Below are positions 18,167 through 26,252 of a DNA stretch of 34,656 nt, piece after piece. The position numbers were made by a program, and so were the translations under genes. The stretch's first letter is position 1; every line of letters begins with the position of its first letter. Location: the NCBI GenBank assembly GCA_021107835.1, contig JAIOSD010000048.1, positions 1 through 34,656 of the forward strand, in the 5' to 3' direction. This DNA comes from an archaeon. GTDB taxonomy: Archaea; Nanobdellota; Nanobdellia; SCGC-AAA011-G17; PNOQ01. The notes beneath the pieces were generated by a model, which was given only the letters and a program-made list of their open reading frames with translations, ran no database searches and had not been told where the DNA came from.

Positions 18167-18974
18167 AAGCTTTTCTCAATTTCTCACGGACAATTTCCTC
18201 ATCTTCAGGATTAGTAACACCTATCCAAGAATCAGGAGTTTTATAAAGTTTTATAGAAATCTTACCCAACTCAACCAGGCTAGATAACTCATTAGGAAGC
18301 AAACATTCTGCCCTACGATCCCCAACATGTTCTTCTTTAAACCTATCTAACTTTTCACCAAAATAATCAACAACCTCAGGAGTTAATCCAAAAATATTCA
18401 TACTACACAAAGAATCCAGTGTAAGACCTATAGACCCCAAATCAGATTTAACTAATCCAAAAGTTTCCACCAAACTTCTCATATAATTAGAATCATCAAC
18501 TTCAAAAATAGCCCTATTAGTACTCCCTTCCTCAGGAATACCATCTCCCAAAGCATATCCAATACTAGCACACCCAGAATCTTCTTTAAGATGATCAACT
18601 AATTTACGGAAAGTATTACTTCCATACAAATCATCGCCATTACAAACCACAAAAGGGCAATCAATCACATCTCTAGCAGAATAAAGAGCATCAACAGTAC
18701 CCCAAGGCTTATCTCTAATCTTCGGATCAAATTTCTGCAAAGCATAATGAACAGGAATCTCATTAAAACTATTTCCAAACATTTCTTTAAAAGGTTTCTC
18801 AGTCAAATTACCAACAATAAAAATAATCTTAGTAAATCCAGCAGGCAAAGCTTGTTTCAAAGAATATTCAATTAAAGTTTCTCCTTCAGGACCAACCTTA
18901 GCAAATTGTTTAATCCTTCCTCCAAATCTACTAGATAACCCTGCAACCATATAAACCAAAGCTATATCATTCAT
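18165..18974 (-). CDS. Sugar-phosphate nucleotidyltransferase family protein
   Basis: MVAGLSSRFGG..KQ...VGPEGETLIEYS, KPWGT, VCNGDDLYG, WIGVT. Start moved to MNDIAL. Confidence 0.85.
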   Translation of the reverse strand: MNDIALVYMVAGLSSRFGGRIKQFAKVGPEGETLIEYSLKQALPAGFTKIIFIVGNLTEKPFKEMFGNSFNEIPVHYALQKFDPKIRDKPWGTVDALYSARDVIDCPFVVCNGDDLYGSNTFRKLVDHLKEDSGCASIGYALGDGIPEEGSTNRAIFEVDDSNYMRSLVETFGLVKSDLGSIGLTLDSLCSMNIFGLTPEVVDYFGEKLDRFKEEHVGDRRAECLLPNELSSLVELGKISIKLYKTPDSWIGVTNPEDEEIVREKLRKA

Positions 18975-19009
18975 AAAAATAAAGAAAAAAGAAGAGTTTA
19001 AATATTTTA

Positions 19010-19534
19010 TCAAACTAAACTCGCTTTAATAATTTTAACTTCTTCTAAAGGCCTATCTGAAGAATCTTTTTCAACTTTAGCAATTGCATCTACAACATCC
19101 ATCCCTTCAATAACAGTTCCAAAAACAGGATGCTTTCCATCTAAGAAATTATTATTTACTAAGTTAATAAAAAACTGACTTGAACCTGTATTGGGACCTG
19201 CATTTGCCATAGAGATAGTACCTCTATTGTTTTTAAGTTCTCCAAACTCATCTTGAATATTTGGAATACTAGGATCTCCCATCCCAGTACCAGTTGGATC
19301 TCCACCTTGTATCATAAACCCACTAATAACTCTATGAAAAATAACCCCCTCATAAGTCCCTTTTTCTACTAAACTTACAAAATTTCCTGTTGTAATAGGC
19401 ATATCCTCAGCCATTTCTATTTTAATATTTCCTTTATTTGTTTCAAGTAAAACCACTTGCTTATTTCCATTACCTACCATAAGTATAGCCCCCAATAATA
19501 AAACCAATATAATAATAATTATTTTAGTTTTCAT
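19010..19534 (-). CDS. Cyclophilin-type peptidyl-prolyl isomerase with N-terminal signal/anchor
   Basis: FHRVISGFMIQGGDPTGTG, MANAGPNTGSSQFFI, HPVFG; hydrophobic N-terminus. Confidence 0.95.
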   Translation of the reverse strand: MKTKIIIIILVLLLGAILMVGNGNKQVVLLETNKGNIKIEMAEDMPITTGNFVSLVEKGTYEGVIFHRVISGFMIQGGDPTGTGMGDPSIPNIQDEFGELKNNRGTISMANAGPNTGSSQFFINLVNNNFLDGKHPVFGTVIEGMDVVDAIAKVEKDSSDRPLEEVKIIKASLV

Positions 19535-19570
19535 TTTAAATTTGAGATTAAAAGATATATATAAACTTAA

Positions 19571-20023
19571 CTATATCAAAATCAAAATAACACCAACTAA
19601 GAACAAGAAAAACAAAAAATAATCAATAATACTATTTCCTTTTAAAATCCCACTAAGTCTCGTTGTTAAAGGCCACAAAGGCCTTGTCCCTTTCTTAGTA
19701 AAACTATCTAAAAAGATGTGACTAAAATACCCAATAAGAACAGCTGCCCCATAAGTCTCTCCAAAAAGAACTACAAACAAAAGAAAAAAAGCAAAAGCTA
19801 ACAACAAACTATGTATTAAACCTCTATGCCCTAAAAAGAAATTAATCATCCAAGAAAAAGGTTTAGTTTTCTGTCCAATCTTACTTTTATGAAAATCAAT
19901 ATCTGGAAAAATAGCAAAGAAAGCACCAACTAAAACAAATAAAAATATATGTTCAACAGCAAAAGCTTTAGCAAAAAATATGCTAAGTAAAATACCAAAC
20001 ATTAAATGGGTTTTGAACATCAT
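19571..20023 (-). CDS. Membrane-bound metal-dependent hydrolase (YdjM-like)
   Basis: TH, PDIDF, HRGLIHS, GYFSHIFLDSFT..G...LWP. Confidence 0.88.
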   Translation of the reverse strand: MMFKTHLMFGILLSIFFAKAFAVEHIFLFVLVGAFFAIFPDIDFHKSKIGQKTKPFSWMINFFLGHRGLIHSLLLAFAFFLLFVVLFGETYGAAVLIGYFSHIFLDSFTKKGTRPLWPLTTRLSGILKGNSIIDYFLFFLFLVGVILILI

Positions 20024-20118
20024 AAGACTAAAACTGGAAATACAAGTATATTAAAATAATTATGACGTAACATATAAGTGTATTTAAACAAGATTATCCC
20101 AATTAAGTAAGTAATAAA

Positions 20119-20280
20119 ATGGACAAAAAGGAAAGAAAAGAAGTTATCCAGATATGCCTAGAAGCAGAATTAATTTTAGAAAGACATTACGAAAAAGTTT
20201 GGGGAGAAGGAAATGAAGCAATCCAATACATTGAAGAAAAAATATATGGCATAAAATACGAAAATCAGACTGCTCTATAA
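20119..20280 (+). CDS. Small hypothetical protein, 53 aa (not in ORF track)
   Basis: MDKKERKEVIQICLEAELILERHYEKVWGEGNEAIQYIEEKIYGIKYENQTAL; fills an otherwise empty gap; TATTTAAA at 20081-20088. Confidence 0.65.
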   Translation: MDKKERKEVIQICLEAELILERHYEKVWGEGNEAIQYIEEKIYGIKYENQTAL

Positions 20281-20298
20281 AACTTCAATCATTTTAAC

Positions 20299-20907
20299 TT
20301 ATTTTATTAATCTTTTTATTTCATCAATATGTTTTTTACGATCCCCAATCTTAACTACTGGAAATCCATACTTTTTTGCCTCTCTTAAAATATATTTATT
20401 AAATTCTACCACCCATTCAATCTCTTTTTCTTTAACCGAATCAGGATACTTATCCGCATCACTCCATAAACCTCTTGTGAAAACAATTTCACGAATACGT
20501 TCAATATCATCTTCTAAAAGAAAAAGAATCTTAACTTCTTTACCAGGTATCGACAAATTCTTTATTAATTTAGGCAAAATGGCTACGCCTTCCACAATAA
20601 AGGATTTCCATACATAATCAGTCTCTATTAAAGCTTTAACCCCTTTCCAAACATCAACACTTTCATCATTCTGAAATTTTACAATTTGTTTAGCAGATCT
20701 TTTTGAAAGAAATTCAACCGCCATATCAGGAGTGGCGCCTTCAATATCAAACAATCTTGGAAAATCTTTTTTTCTAACAATTTTTCTCATCTGTAATCTA
20801 ATAGTATCCGTAGAAATCCAAGGCAACTTAAGCTCTTCTGCAATTTTTCTAGCAACATAACTTTTCCCTACAGTTGGAGCCCCCCCAATTAAAATTACTT
20901 TTTCCAT
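20299..20907 (-). CDS. P-loop kinase, 2-phosphoglycerate-kinase-like
   Basis: ILIGGAPTVGKS, ISTDTIR, IVEGVAILP. Confidence 0.75.
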   Translation of the reverse strand: MEKVILIGGAPTVGKSYVARKIAEELKLPWISTDTIRLQMRKIVRKKDFPRLFDIEGATPDMAVEFLSKRSAKQIVKFQNDESVDVWKGVKALIETDYVWKSFIVEGVAILPKLIKNLSIPGKEVKILFLLEDDIERIREIVFTRGLWSDADKYPDSVKEKEIEWVVEFNKYILREAKKYGFPVVKIGDRKKHIDEIKRLIK

Positions 20908-20943
20908 AAATATACAAACAATTAAACCCTTTTATAATAATTT

Positions 20944-21930
20944 CTAATCACAAATTTCAATCATCTTAGCAGGATCCAAAGCCTTAATATCAGAACTAGT
21001 AAACTCTAACCGATCAAACATAGTATTTTTAGTAACTCTACCACTAATACTTAATTGCTTACCAAGAACCTCCTTCTTAAATCCCTCAAATATCTCAGAA
21101 CTAGCCTCAGCTATTTTATCATTTTTACAACCAAGTAACTGCTCAGCTTGATTAGAAAAACACACAACGCGAATATTATTGCTACCATCGTCAAAGAAAA
21201 TATTCACAATAGAAGATTTTCTGGCACTAACAGCACCATGAGTCTTACAAGACCCATCAGGAAGAACTTTACGATTACACTCAGGACAAGCCAAATAATG
21301 TCTAGGTTCAAATAGTTGCACAACAGTGCCTTGTAACTCAGCAAACATACCCTCTTTTAACTCACAAATCTTACAAACTTCAGCACTAGGCCTTTCAAGC
21401 ACTTGATTCTGAACCTCACCAATTTTCTCACCTTTAGGATTTATTTCCATCTGAGCCTTATTACCCAAATGTAACTCATTATAACCATTATTAACTCTAG
21501 AATAAGCATTACGAACTTTCAAAATATCTCCTTCATTAAGATTTCCTTCTTCAATCTCAGATATCAACTTCTCATCCCACATAACAACACGAATAGTAGC
21601 AGTTTCATCTCCAATAACAATATTAGCAACCTTACCACTACGACCGTTCTTATTAAACTCTCTAACACCATACATTTGCAAAACCTTACCCACTGCATTA
21701 ACAGAACCAACACCCTTAGGAATTTCTTTAATCTTTAAGCGTTTACCAGTTAAATCTTCACTCATTTTAACACCTAACTGATTAGCAACTATTTGCGCAG
21801 CACCTTCTTTACTAATTAAATCAGATAACTGAGAAATTTTCTCATTGATTTTCTCATCCAAATCTTCTTTAGAAATCTCTTTCTCTTTCAGAATTTTTTC
21901 AACAATATCTTCGTATTTTAAACCAAACAT
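20944..21930 (-). CDS. rpa: Replication protein A (two OB folds plus Zn finger)
   Basis: N-terminal helical domain (LISKEGAAQIVA), GKVANIVIGDETATIRVVMW, YLACPECNRKV...C..HG, DDGSNNIRVVCF. Confidence 0.9.
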   Translation of the reverse strand: MFGLKYEDIVEKILKEKEISKEDLDEKINEKISQLSDLISKEGAAQIVANQLGVKMSEDLTGKRLKIKEIPKGVGSVNAVGKVLQMYGVREFNKNGRSGKVANIVIGDETATIRVVMWDEKLISEIEEGNLNEGDILKVRNAYSRVNNGYNELHLGNKAQMEINPKGEKIGEVQNQVLERPSAEVCKICELKEGMFAELQGTVVQLFEPRHYLACPECNRKVLPDGSCKTHGAVSARKSSIVNIFFDDGSNNIRVVCFSNQAEQLLGCKNDKIAEASSEIFEGFKKEVLGKQLSISGRVTKNTMFDRLEFTSSDIKALDPAKMIEICD

Positions 21931-22679
21931 TGAAATGTATCTCCAACCAAAGGATTCAACTCCTTAAAGTCAACAGCCGCCTTCAGAACCACCTCTTTTT
22001 CCCCAAAGACGTCTGTTATACTATCGGAAACCATCTCTACTTTAAATAGATTATTGTTCTCCTCAAAATAGAATTTTGCATTATTATCCCAACATCCTTT
22101 ATCTGCCCCACAAAGATCTACCACACTTTTAAGTTCATCTACATTTTCTAAAAAAGAATTAAAATCATAATCATAAAAAACATTAATATTACCCATAGGC
22201 CTATGTTTTATCTCATAACCATCTCTATCAACAACATACTCTTCAACAGAATCTAAATCTACAACCATTCCACCTTTTTCAAAAATTAAATCAGTTTCAT
22301 ACCCTCCAAAGAAATCCATTCTAGCATTCAAAAGAGAAATAAAACTACTCTCTAAACTACCAATATTAGGATAACAATCTACATCGCCCCTAACAAAATA
22401 AACATATCCATCATCAGTACTATCCCCTTCAAAATTACCCCCAAAATTACCAAATTCAACAATCAAATCAGAAAAGCCTTGTTTCAAAACCTGTTTATCA
22501 TAAATCAAATCTTTTTCCCCATCAAAGGATAACTGAATAAGATCTAACTGCATCTCACCCACATATCCTTTTTGATTTTCCATAGCTTGAGTAAATAAAA
22601 CTAAAGATAAACCAAAGGATAAAACTACAAAAACTAAAACAAAGTGGACCAACATCTCTCCTTTTTTATTTAAAGACAT
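21918..22679 (-). CDS. Pilin-like protein (class III signal peptide)
   Basis: MSLNKKG|EMLVHFVLVFVVL; overlaps the rpa start. Confidence 0.8.
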   Translation of the reverse strand: MSLNKKGEMLVHFVLVFVVLSFGLSLVLFTQAMENQKGYVGEMQLDLIQLSFDGEKDLIYDKQVLKQGFSDLIVEFGNFGGNFEGDSTDDGYVYFVRGDVDCYPNIGSLESSFISLLNARMDFFGGYETDLIFEKGGMVVDLDSVEEYVVDRDGYEIKHRPMGNINVFYDYDFNSFLENVDELKSVVDLCGADKGCWDNNAKFYFEENNNLFKVEMVSDSITDVFGEKEVVLKAAVDFKELNPLVGDTFQCLV

Positions 22680-23125
22680 TTTTCCACCCCTTTCTCTTCA
22701 TATTCAGAAATATCCAAACAAATTTGAATTAAATCATCTTTACCCGGATAAGGGATACAAATACTTTTACCATTGTTTCCAGAACCAAATTCTAAATTAC
22801 CAAGATCTAGATAATAACAATCCCCATAAACTGCACTAAAAAGATTATTAGTAACACTCACTAATTTATCTTCATAAGAAGAATCAACTAAAAAAAGATT
22901 AATTAAGTCAGAAACATCACCAACCTCAACAGGTGTATTCAAATAATTGTTCAATACAAAAATATTCTCTTTTGCATAGAGAGCCTCTTTAACAGCAATT
23001 TCTTCATCTTTATCTTTAGTAACACCAGGAATAATAAATACTAAAAAAATTAAAAGTAAAAAAGCAAACACTAAGAAAACTCCAAAAGCTTCTGCCAAAT
23101 CCAAACTTCCTCTTTTATTTAACAT
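22670..23125 (-). CDS. Pilin-like protein (class III signal peptide)
   Basis: MLNKRG|SLDLAEAFGVFLVFAFLLLIFL; LNNYLNTPV. Confidence 0.8.
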   Translation of the reverse strand: MLNKRGSLDLAEAFGVFLVFAFLLLIFLVFIIPGVTKDKDEEIAVKEALYAKENIFVLNNYLNTPVEVGDVSDLINLFLVDSSYEDKLVSVTNNLFSAVYGDCYYLDLGNLEFGSGNNGKSICIPYPGKDDLIQICLDISEYEEKGVEKCL

Positions 23126-23594
23126 CAGTCACCACCAAAATATCTAAAATCCCTTGTTTAATTTCTCCACCATCTTCTATCAAAACATATTTCCTAGTAG
23201 AAAAACAATCATAAAAACTCCCCTTCATACCACAAGTAACTTTCTGAGCAACCATCCATTTATTTATTTCAGAAACACCAATTTCAACACCATCTAAACC
23301 ACTTAACTTTAACTCAACACCAACCCTTTCATTATCAGGAACATCAAAACAATTTTCAAGATTTTCATCATAAAATTTTCCAATATTAATCACACCAGAA
23401 GAGCCTAAACAATCATCAGAAGAAAACAACCTATAAACCGCTATTTTCTGTTCAAGTTCACTAGTCTTAACTTCCCTATGAACACTTTGTGTAAAACTCA
23501 CACTAAAAGATAACGCAACAATAATTATAAAAAAAATATAAAAGATTTGTTTTACCTGAAGCTTTTGGAGAATGTATCCTTTTTTATTTACCAT
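23115..23594 (-). CDS. Pilin-like protein (class III signal peptide)
   Basis: MVNKKG|YIL... followed by a hydrophobic helix; Cys pairs. Confidence 0.75.
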   Translation of the reverse strand: MVNKKGYILQKLQVKQIFYIFFIIIVALSFSVSFTQSVHREVKTSELEQKIAVYRLFSSDDCLGSSGVINIGKFYDENLENCFDVPDNERVGVELKLSGLDGVEIGVSEINKWMVAQKVTCGMKGSFYDCFSTRKYVLIEDGGEIKQGILDILVVTDVK

Positions 23595-24064
23595 TTTCCA
23601 CTAACTCCTGCCCCACCAGACTTTCCCCCTCCCGGATAAAAGGCATCTCCAACAACCACACCCCTCACAAAAAATTTATCTTGAGTCTTTTCAAAAACCA
23701 ACTTAGAATAATCTCCCAAAGCCAAAGATACCGTTTCTATATTTGAATTAGCAACACAACTTATTCTATTTCCAGAGTAAATGGGGGTATCATCTAAAAC
23801 CACACTAAAGACACAAGGAGACTCAAAAGAACTATCAAACCGATGTTCATCAGAATTAATTTCATAAACCAAATCAACTTCCCCATCAAAACCCAAAATC
23901 AAATCAGCACCCAGTTTCAAATCATTAGCAATTAAGCGTTCTTCAAATCCAGTTCCATCTGCAACCTTTTCCATAAAAAACCACATACTAAGGAAAACTA
24001 CTACTACAATAAAACCATAAGCTGCCCCTAAAAAAAGCCGAGGATCATTAGAGCTATCTGACAT
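23588..24064 (-). CDS. Single-TM pilus-associated protein with Gly-rich C-terminus
   Basis: N-terminal TM helix without the KKG site; IANDLKL; ends in GGGKSGGAGVSGKW. Confidence 0.7.
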   Translation of the reverse strand: MSDSSNDPRLFLGAAYGFIVVVVFLSMWFFMEKVADGTGFEERLIANDLKLGADLILGFDGEVDLVYEINSDEHRFDSSFESPCVFSVVLDDTPIYSGNRISCVANSNIETVSLALGDYSKLVFEKTQDKFFVRGVVVGDAFYPGGGKSGGAGVSGKW

Positions 24065-24088
24065 AGAATAATTCTAACATTTATTGTT

Positions 24089-24422
24089 TATATTACTTTT
24101 GTAATGTTTATTTAGTGTTAATCTCTCTGGCTATCCAATACTTGAACCATCCCTTCAATTTCGCTTCGGGTAACATAAGATAACCCCGCACTAATTGGGA
24201 CTCCATTAAAATACTTAACCTCGTTAACGGAAAGCAATGAATCAGTTACCCGGTTAAACTGCCTAAGCCATGTTGTCCCACTTGTTTCCTTAACAAACCC
24301 CATCGCCTCTCCAATCTCACTTCCATGATAGAGAACTTCCTGCTCCTCGCCCAATAGTAGACAAATAGATCCCATAAAAAAAGAAATTTAAATATATTTA
24401 TAACTTTATCTATATTACTTTT
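24089..24422. repeat. 12-bp direct repeat TATATTACTTTT flanking an orphan gene
   Basis: Identical copies at 24089-24100 and 24411-24422. Confidence 0.8.
24118..24375 (-). CDS. Orphan soluble protein interrupting the pilin cluster
   Basis: 85 aa, no TM helix or signal peptide, own TATA box (TTATAAAT) upstream. Confidence 0.65.
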   Translation of the reverse strand: MGSICLLLGEEQEVLYHGSEIGEAMGFVKETSGTTWLRQFNRVTDSLLSVNEVKYFNGVPISAGLSYVTRSEIEGMVQVLDSQRD

Positions 24423-24423
24423 C

Positions 24424-24903
24424 CTATTCAGTTATACTCAATTTAGAGCCAACCCATTTAAGTTGTAAGGGAACATATTCTTTTTGTCCTATACTAACAA
24501 TCCCTGAATCCATATTAGTTGGAATAAACCCTTCAAAATCATATGTAGCAATAAACCTAGAATTCAAACAAGATTCAGGAGCACCATCATTTCTACAAAC
24601 TATTAAACAAGCTTTATTAAAACACTCAGGAGGACGTTCATATACTCCAGAACCTTCATTAGCCGCCTTATCAAAAGCAACCAACATTTGATCCTTATTC
24701 ATATAAATAAGATATGTAGTTTCCCCCCCCGTTTCTAGGTACAAAACAGTCCCATCAAGCATATCAAAAGACTCCCTTGTTCCAGCATCAAAATCACTAG
24801 AAAACATAGACCACAACACCTCACTCGCAGGAATTAAAATAAAAATAATAACAATCGCTCCCGCAATAATACCAATTAAAGCACTAGTAGTCATCTTACC
24901 CAT
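24424..24903 (-). CDS. Pilin-like/TM-anchored protein with atypical leader
   Basis: MGKMTTSALIGIIAGAIVIIFILIP; Cys cluster ECFNKACLIVC...SC. Confidence 0.72.
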   Translation of the reverse strand: MGKMTTSALIGIIAGAIVIIFILIPASEVLWSMFSSDFDAGTRESFDMLDGTVLYLETGGETTYLIYMNKDQMLVAFDKAANEGSGVYERPPECFNKACLIVCRNDGAPESCLNSRFIATYDFEGFIPTNMDSGIVSIGQKEYVPLQLKWVGSKLSITE

Positions 24904-25090
24904 TATTCATCACATCCGTAAGATTTGTAGGGGCAGCTTCACTAGCCAACCCTAAAAGTTGTTTTACAGCATCAAAAACAGTGTTAGACTGACTACTAAA
25001 AATAGCTATAATTACAAAAAGAACTATTATAAAAATAATAAGACCAATAATAGTCTGAATAGATAATCCCTGCCCTTTTTTACATTTCAA
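24896..25090 (-). CDS. Short pilin (class III signal peptide), probable TTG start
   Basis: (M)KCKKG|QGLSIQTIIGLIIFIIVLFVIIAIF; TTG at 25090 avoids overlap with the upstream gene. Confidence 0.8.
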   Translation of the reverse strand: MKCKKGQGLSIQTIIGLIIFIIVLFVIIAIFSSQSNTVFDAVKQLLGLASEAAPTNLTDVMNNG

Positions 25091-25092
25091 AT

Positions 25093-25107
25093 AAAAAAAA
25101 AGAGAAG
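25093..25107 (-). terminator. Oligo-T terminator-like tract after the candidate major pilin
   Basis: CTTCTC followed by 9 T directly after the TAA on the minus strand. Confidence 0.5.
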
Positions 25108-25452
25108 TTAGCATTGTATTGCTGAACAAGCGGCTGCAGGCATTTCAGTACAGTATAAAGTAACGTCTGCCTTTCGATCATTATCAAGATCTACTTCAAA
25201 TGAAGCATGACAATACCTATCTCTAAAATTCTCATCACCAGATACTTCATAAGCTTGACAATAACCATTACATTGCAAAACTGCCCCTTGAGTATCTATA
25301 GCACTAGATCCCCAAACCTTATTCCACCAGTCTGCAAATTGCCCAGTACCTCCAGTTAAAGCAACAACTAATATGACTAAAACAAAGATTGCAAGGATAG
25401 TAATGATAATAGTATTAACAGAAAGATTTTGTCCTTTTTTATTATCCATCAT
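25108..25452 (-). CDS. Type IV pilin, candidate major subunit
   Basis: MDNKKG|QNLSVNTIIITILAIFVLVILVVALTGG; six Cys; own TATA (25485-25492) and SD GAGGTGA (25457-25463). Start at 25452 or 25449. Confidence 0.85.
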   Translation of the reverse strand: MMDNKKGQNLSVNTIIITILAIFVLVILVVALTGGTGQFADWWNKVWGSSAIDTQGAVLQCNGYCQAYEVSGDENFRDRYCHASFEVDLDNDRKADVTLYCTEMPAAACSAIQC

Positions 25453-25500
25453 CAAATCACCTCTTTATTAATCTATAAAATGTTTATTTAAACTTTTTGG

Positions 25501-26103
25501 TTATCCACAAACAGGTTTAGTAGGAAAACCAGAATCCACTATACAAAAAGACCCTTTATCCCTTTTTAAGATTAAATTATTTCCATTAACTGGATAAGAA
25601 ATTTCCTCTCCAGAAAGAGATTCATAATTCATAAAGCTAGAAGAACCTATAACTATTGAAACTTTAGAATCCTTTGCAATCTTAGACAAGTCTTGTATAC
25701 CACCTAGCTCATCAACACTACAGGGTATTATTCCAGTAATAACTTTTTCAGAAACAATTCCCCCAAGATTATTCAACAATCTTACTTTAGTACGAGATCC
25801 ATCCAAAGAAAAAACCAATTCATATTGATTGGGAAAAGAAAAAGTATCAGAAGTATCACAAAAACATCCAACAGAAGTACTAGTCTTACAATCAATTAAA
25901 GAACTAATAAATCCGCTATCAAAATTATCTTTTGCTTCATCATCCCCTGGAGCTTCTAAACCAAGACTCCATCCAAAAAGACCATTTGCAAGGGCAGCAA
26001 AAGATTTGTCTTGAAAAGCAACTATCCCAAAAATAACCATCAAAACTAAAAAAGCAGGAAGAAGCCACCGCCCAATACCCCCTTTCTTATTTAAAGATTT
26101 CAT
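25501..26103 (-). CDS. Pilin-like protein (class III signal peptide)
   Basis: MKSLNKKG|GIGRWLLPAFLVLMVIFGIVAF; Cys motif CK.....GCFC. Confidence 0.78.
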   Translation of the reverse strand: MKSLNKKGGIGRWLLPAFLVLMVIFGIVAFQDKSFAALANGLFGWSLGLEAPGDDEAKDNFDSGFISSLIDCKTSTSVGCFCDTSDTFSFPNQYELVFSLDGSRTKVRLLNNLGGIVSEKVITGIIPCSVDELGGIQDLSKIAKDSKVSIVIGSSSFMNYESLSGEEISYPVNGNNLILKRDKGSFCIVDSGFPTKPVCG

Positions 26104-26252
26104 CCACCAAACCTCAAAACATTTTTTATTGTATCCAACAACTCAACTAACTGCTCTTTTTGTTTAAAAATTATCAATAAAACTGCAATTAATAAAATTA
26201 AAATTATTAACCACGTACCTAGTTTATTCCAAACTATTTCTCCTTTTTTCAT
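26100..26252 (-). CDS. Mini-pilin, 50 aa (not in ORF track)
   Basis: MKKG|EIVWNKLGTWLIILILLIAVLLIIFKQKEQLVELLDTIKNVLRFGG; ATGA overlaps at both ends. Confidence 0.88.
   Translation of the reverse strand: MKKGEIVWNKLGTWLIILILLIAVLLIIFKQKEQLVELLDTIKNVLRFGG

Noticed and set aside
3788..20907. Cyclic 2,3-diphosphoglycerate pathway from gpmA plus the 2-phosphoglycerate-kinase-like gene
   Set aside because: The genes are unlinked, the kinase substrate is uncertain, and no cDPG synthetase is visible.
24896..24910. Possible frameshift joining the 24896 pilin and the 24424 gene, which lacks KKG
   Set aside because: Both frames are intact with a normal 8-nt overlap, and no slippery run is evident.
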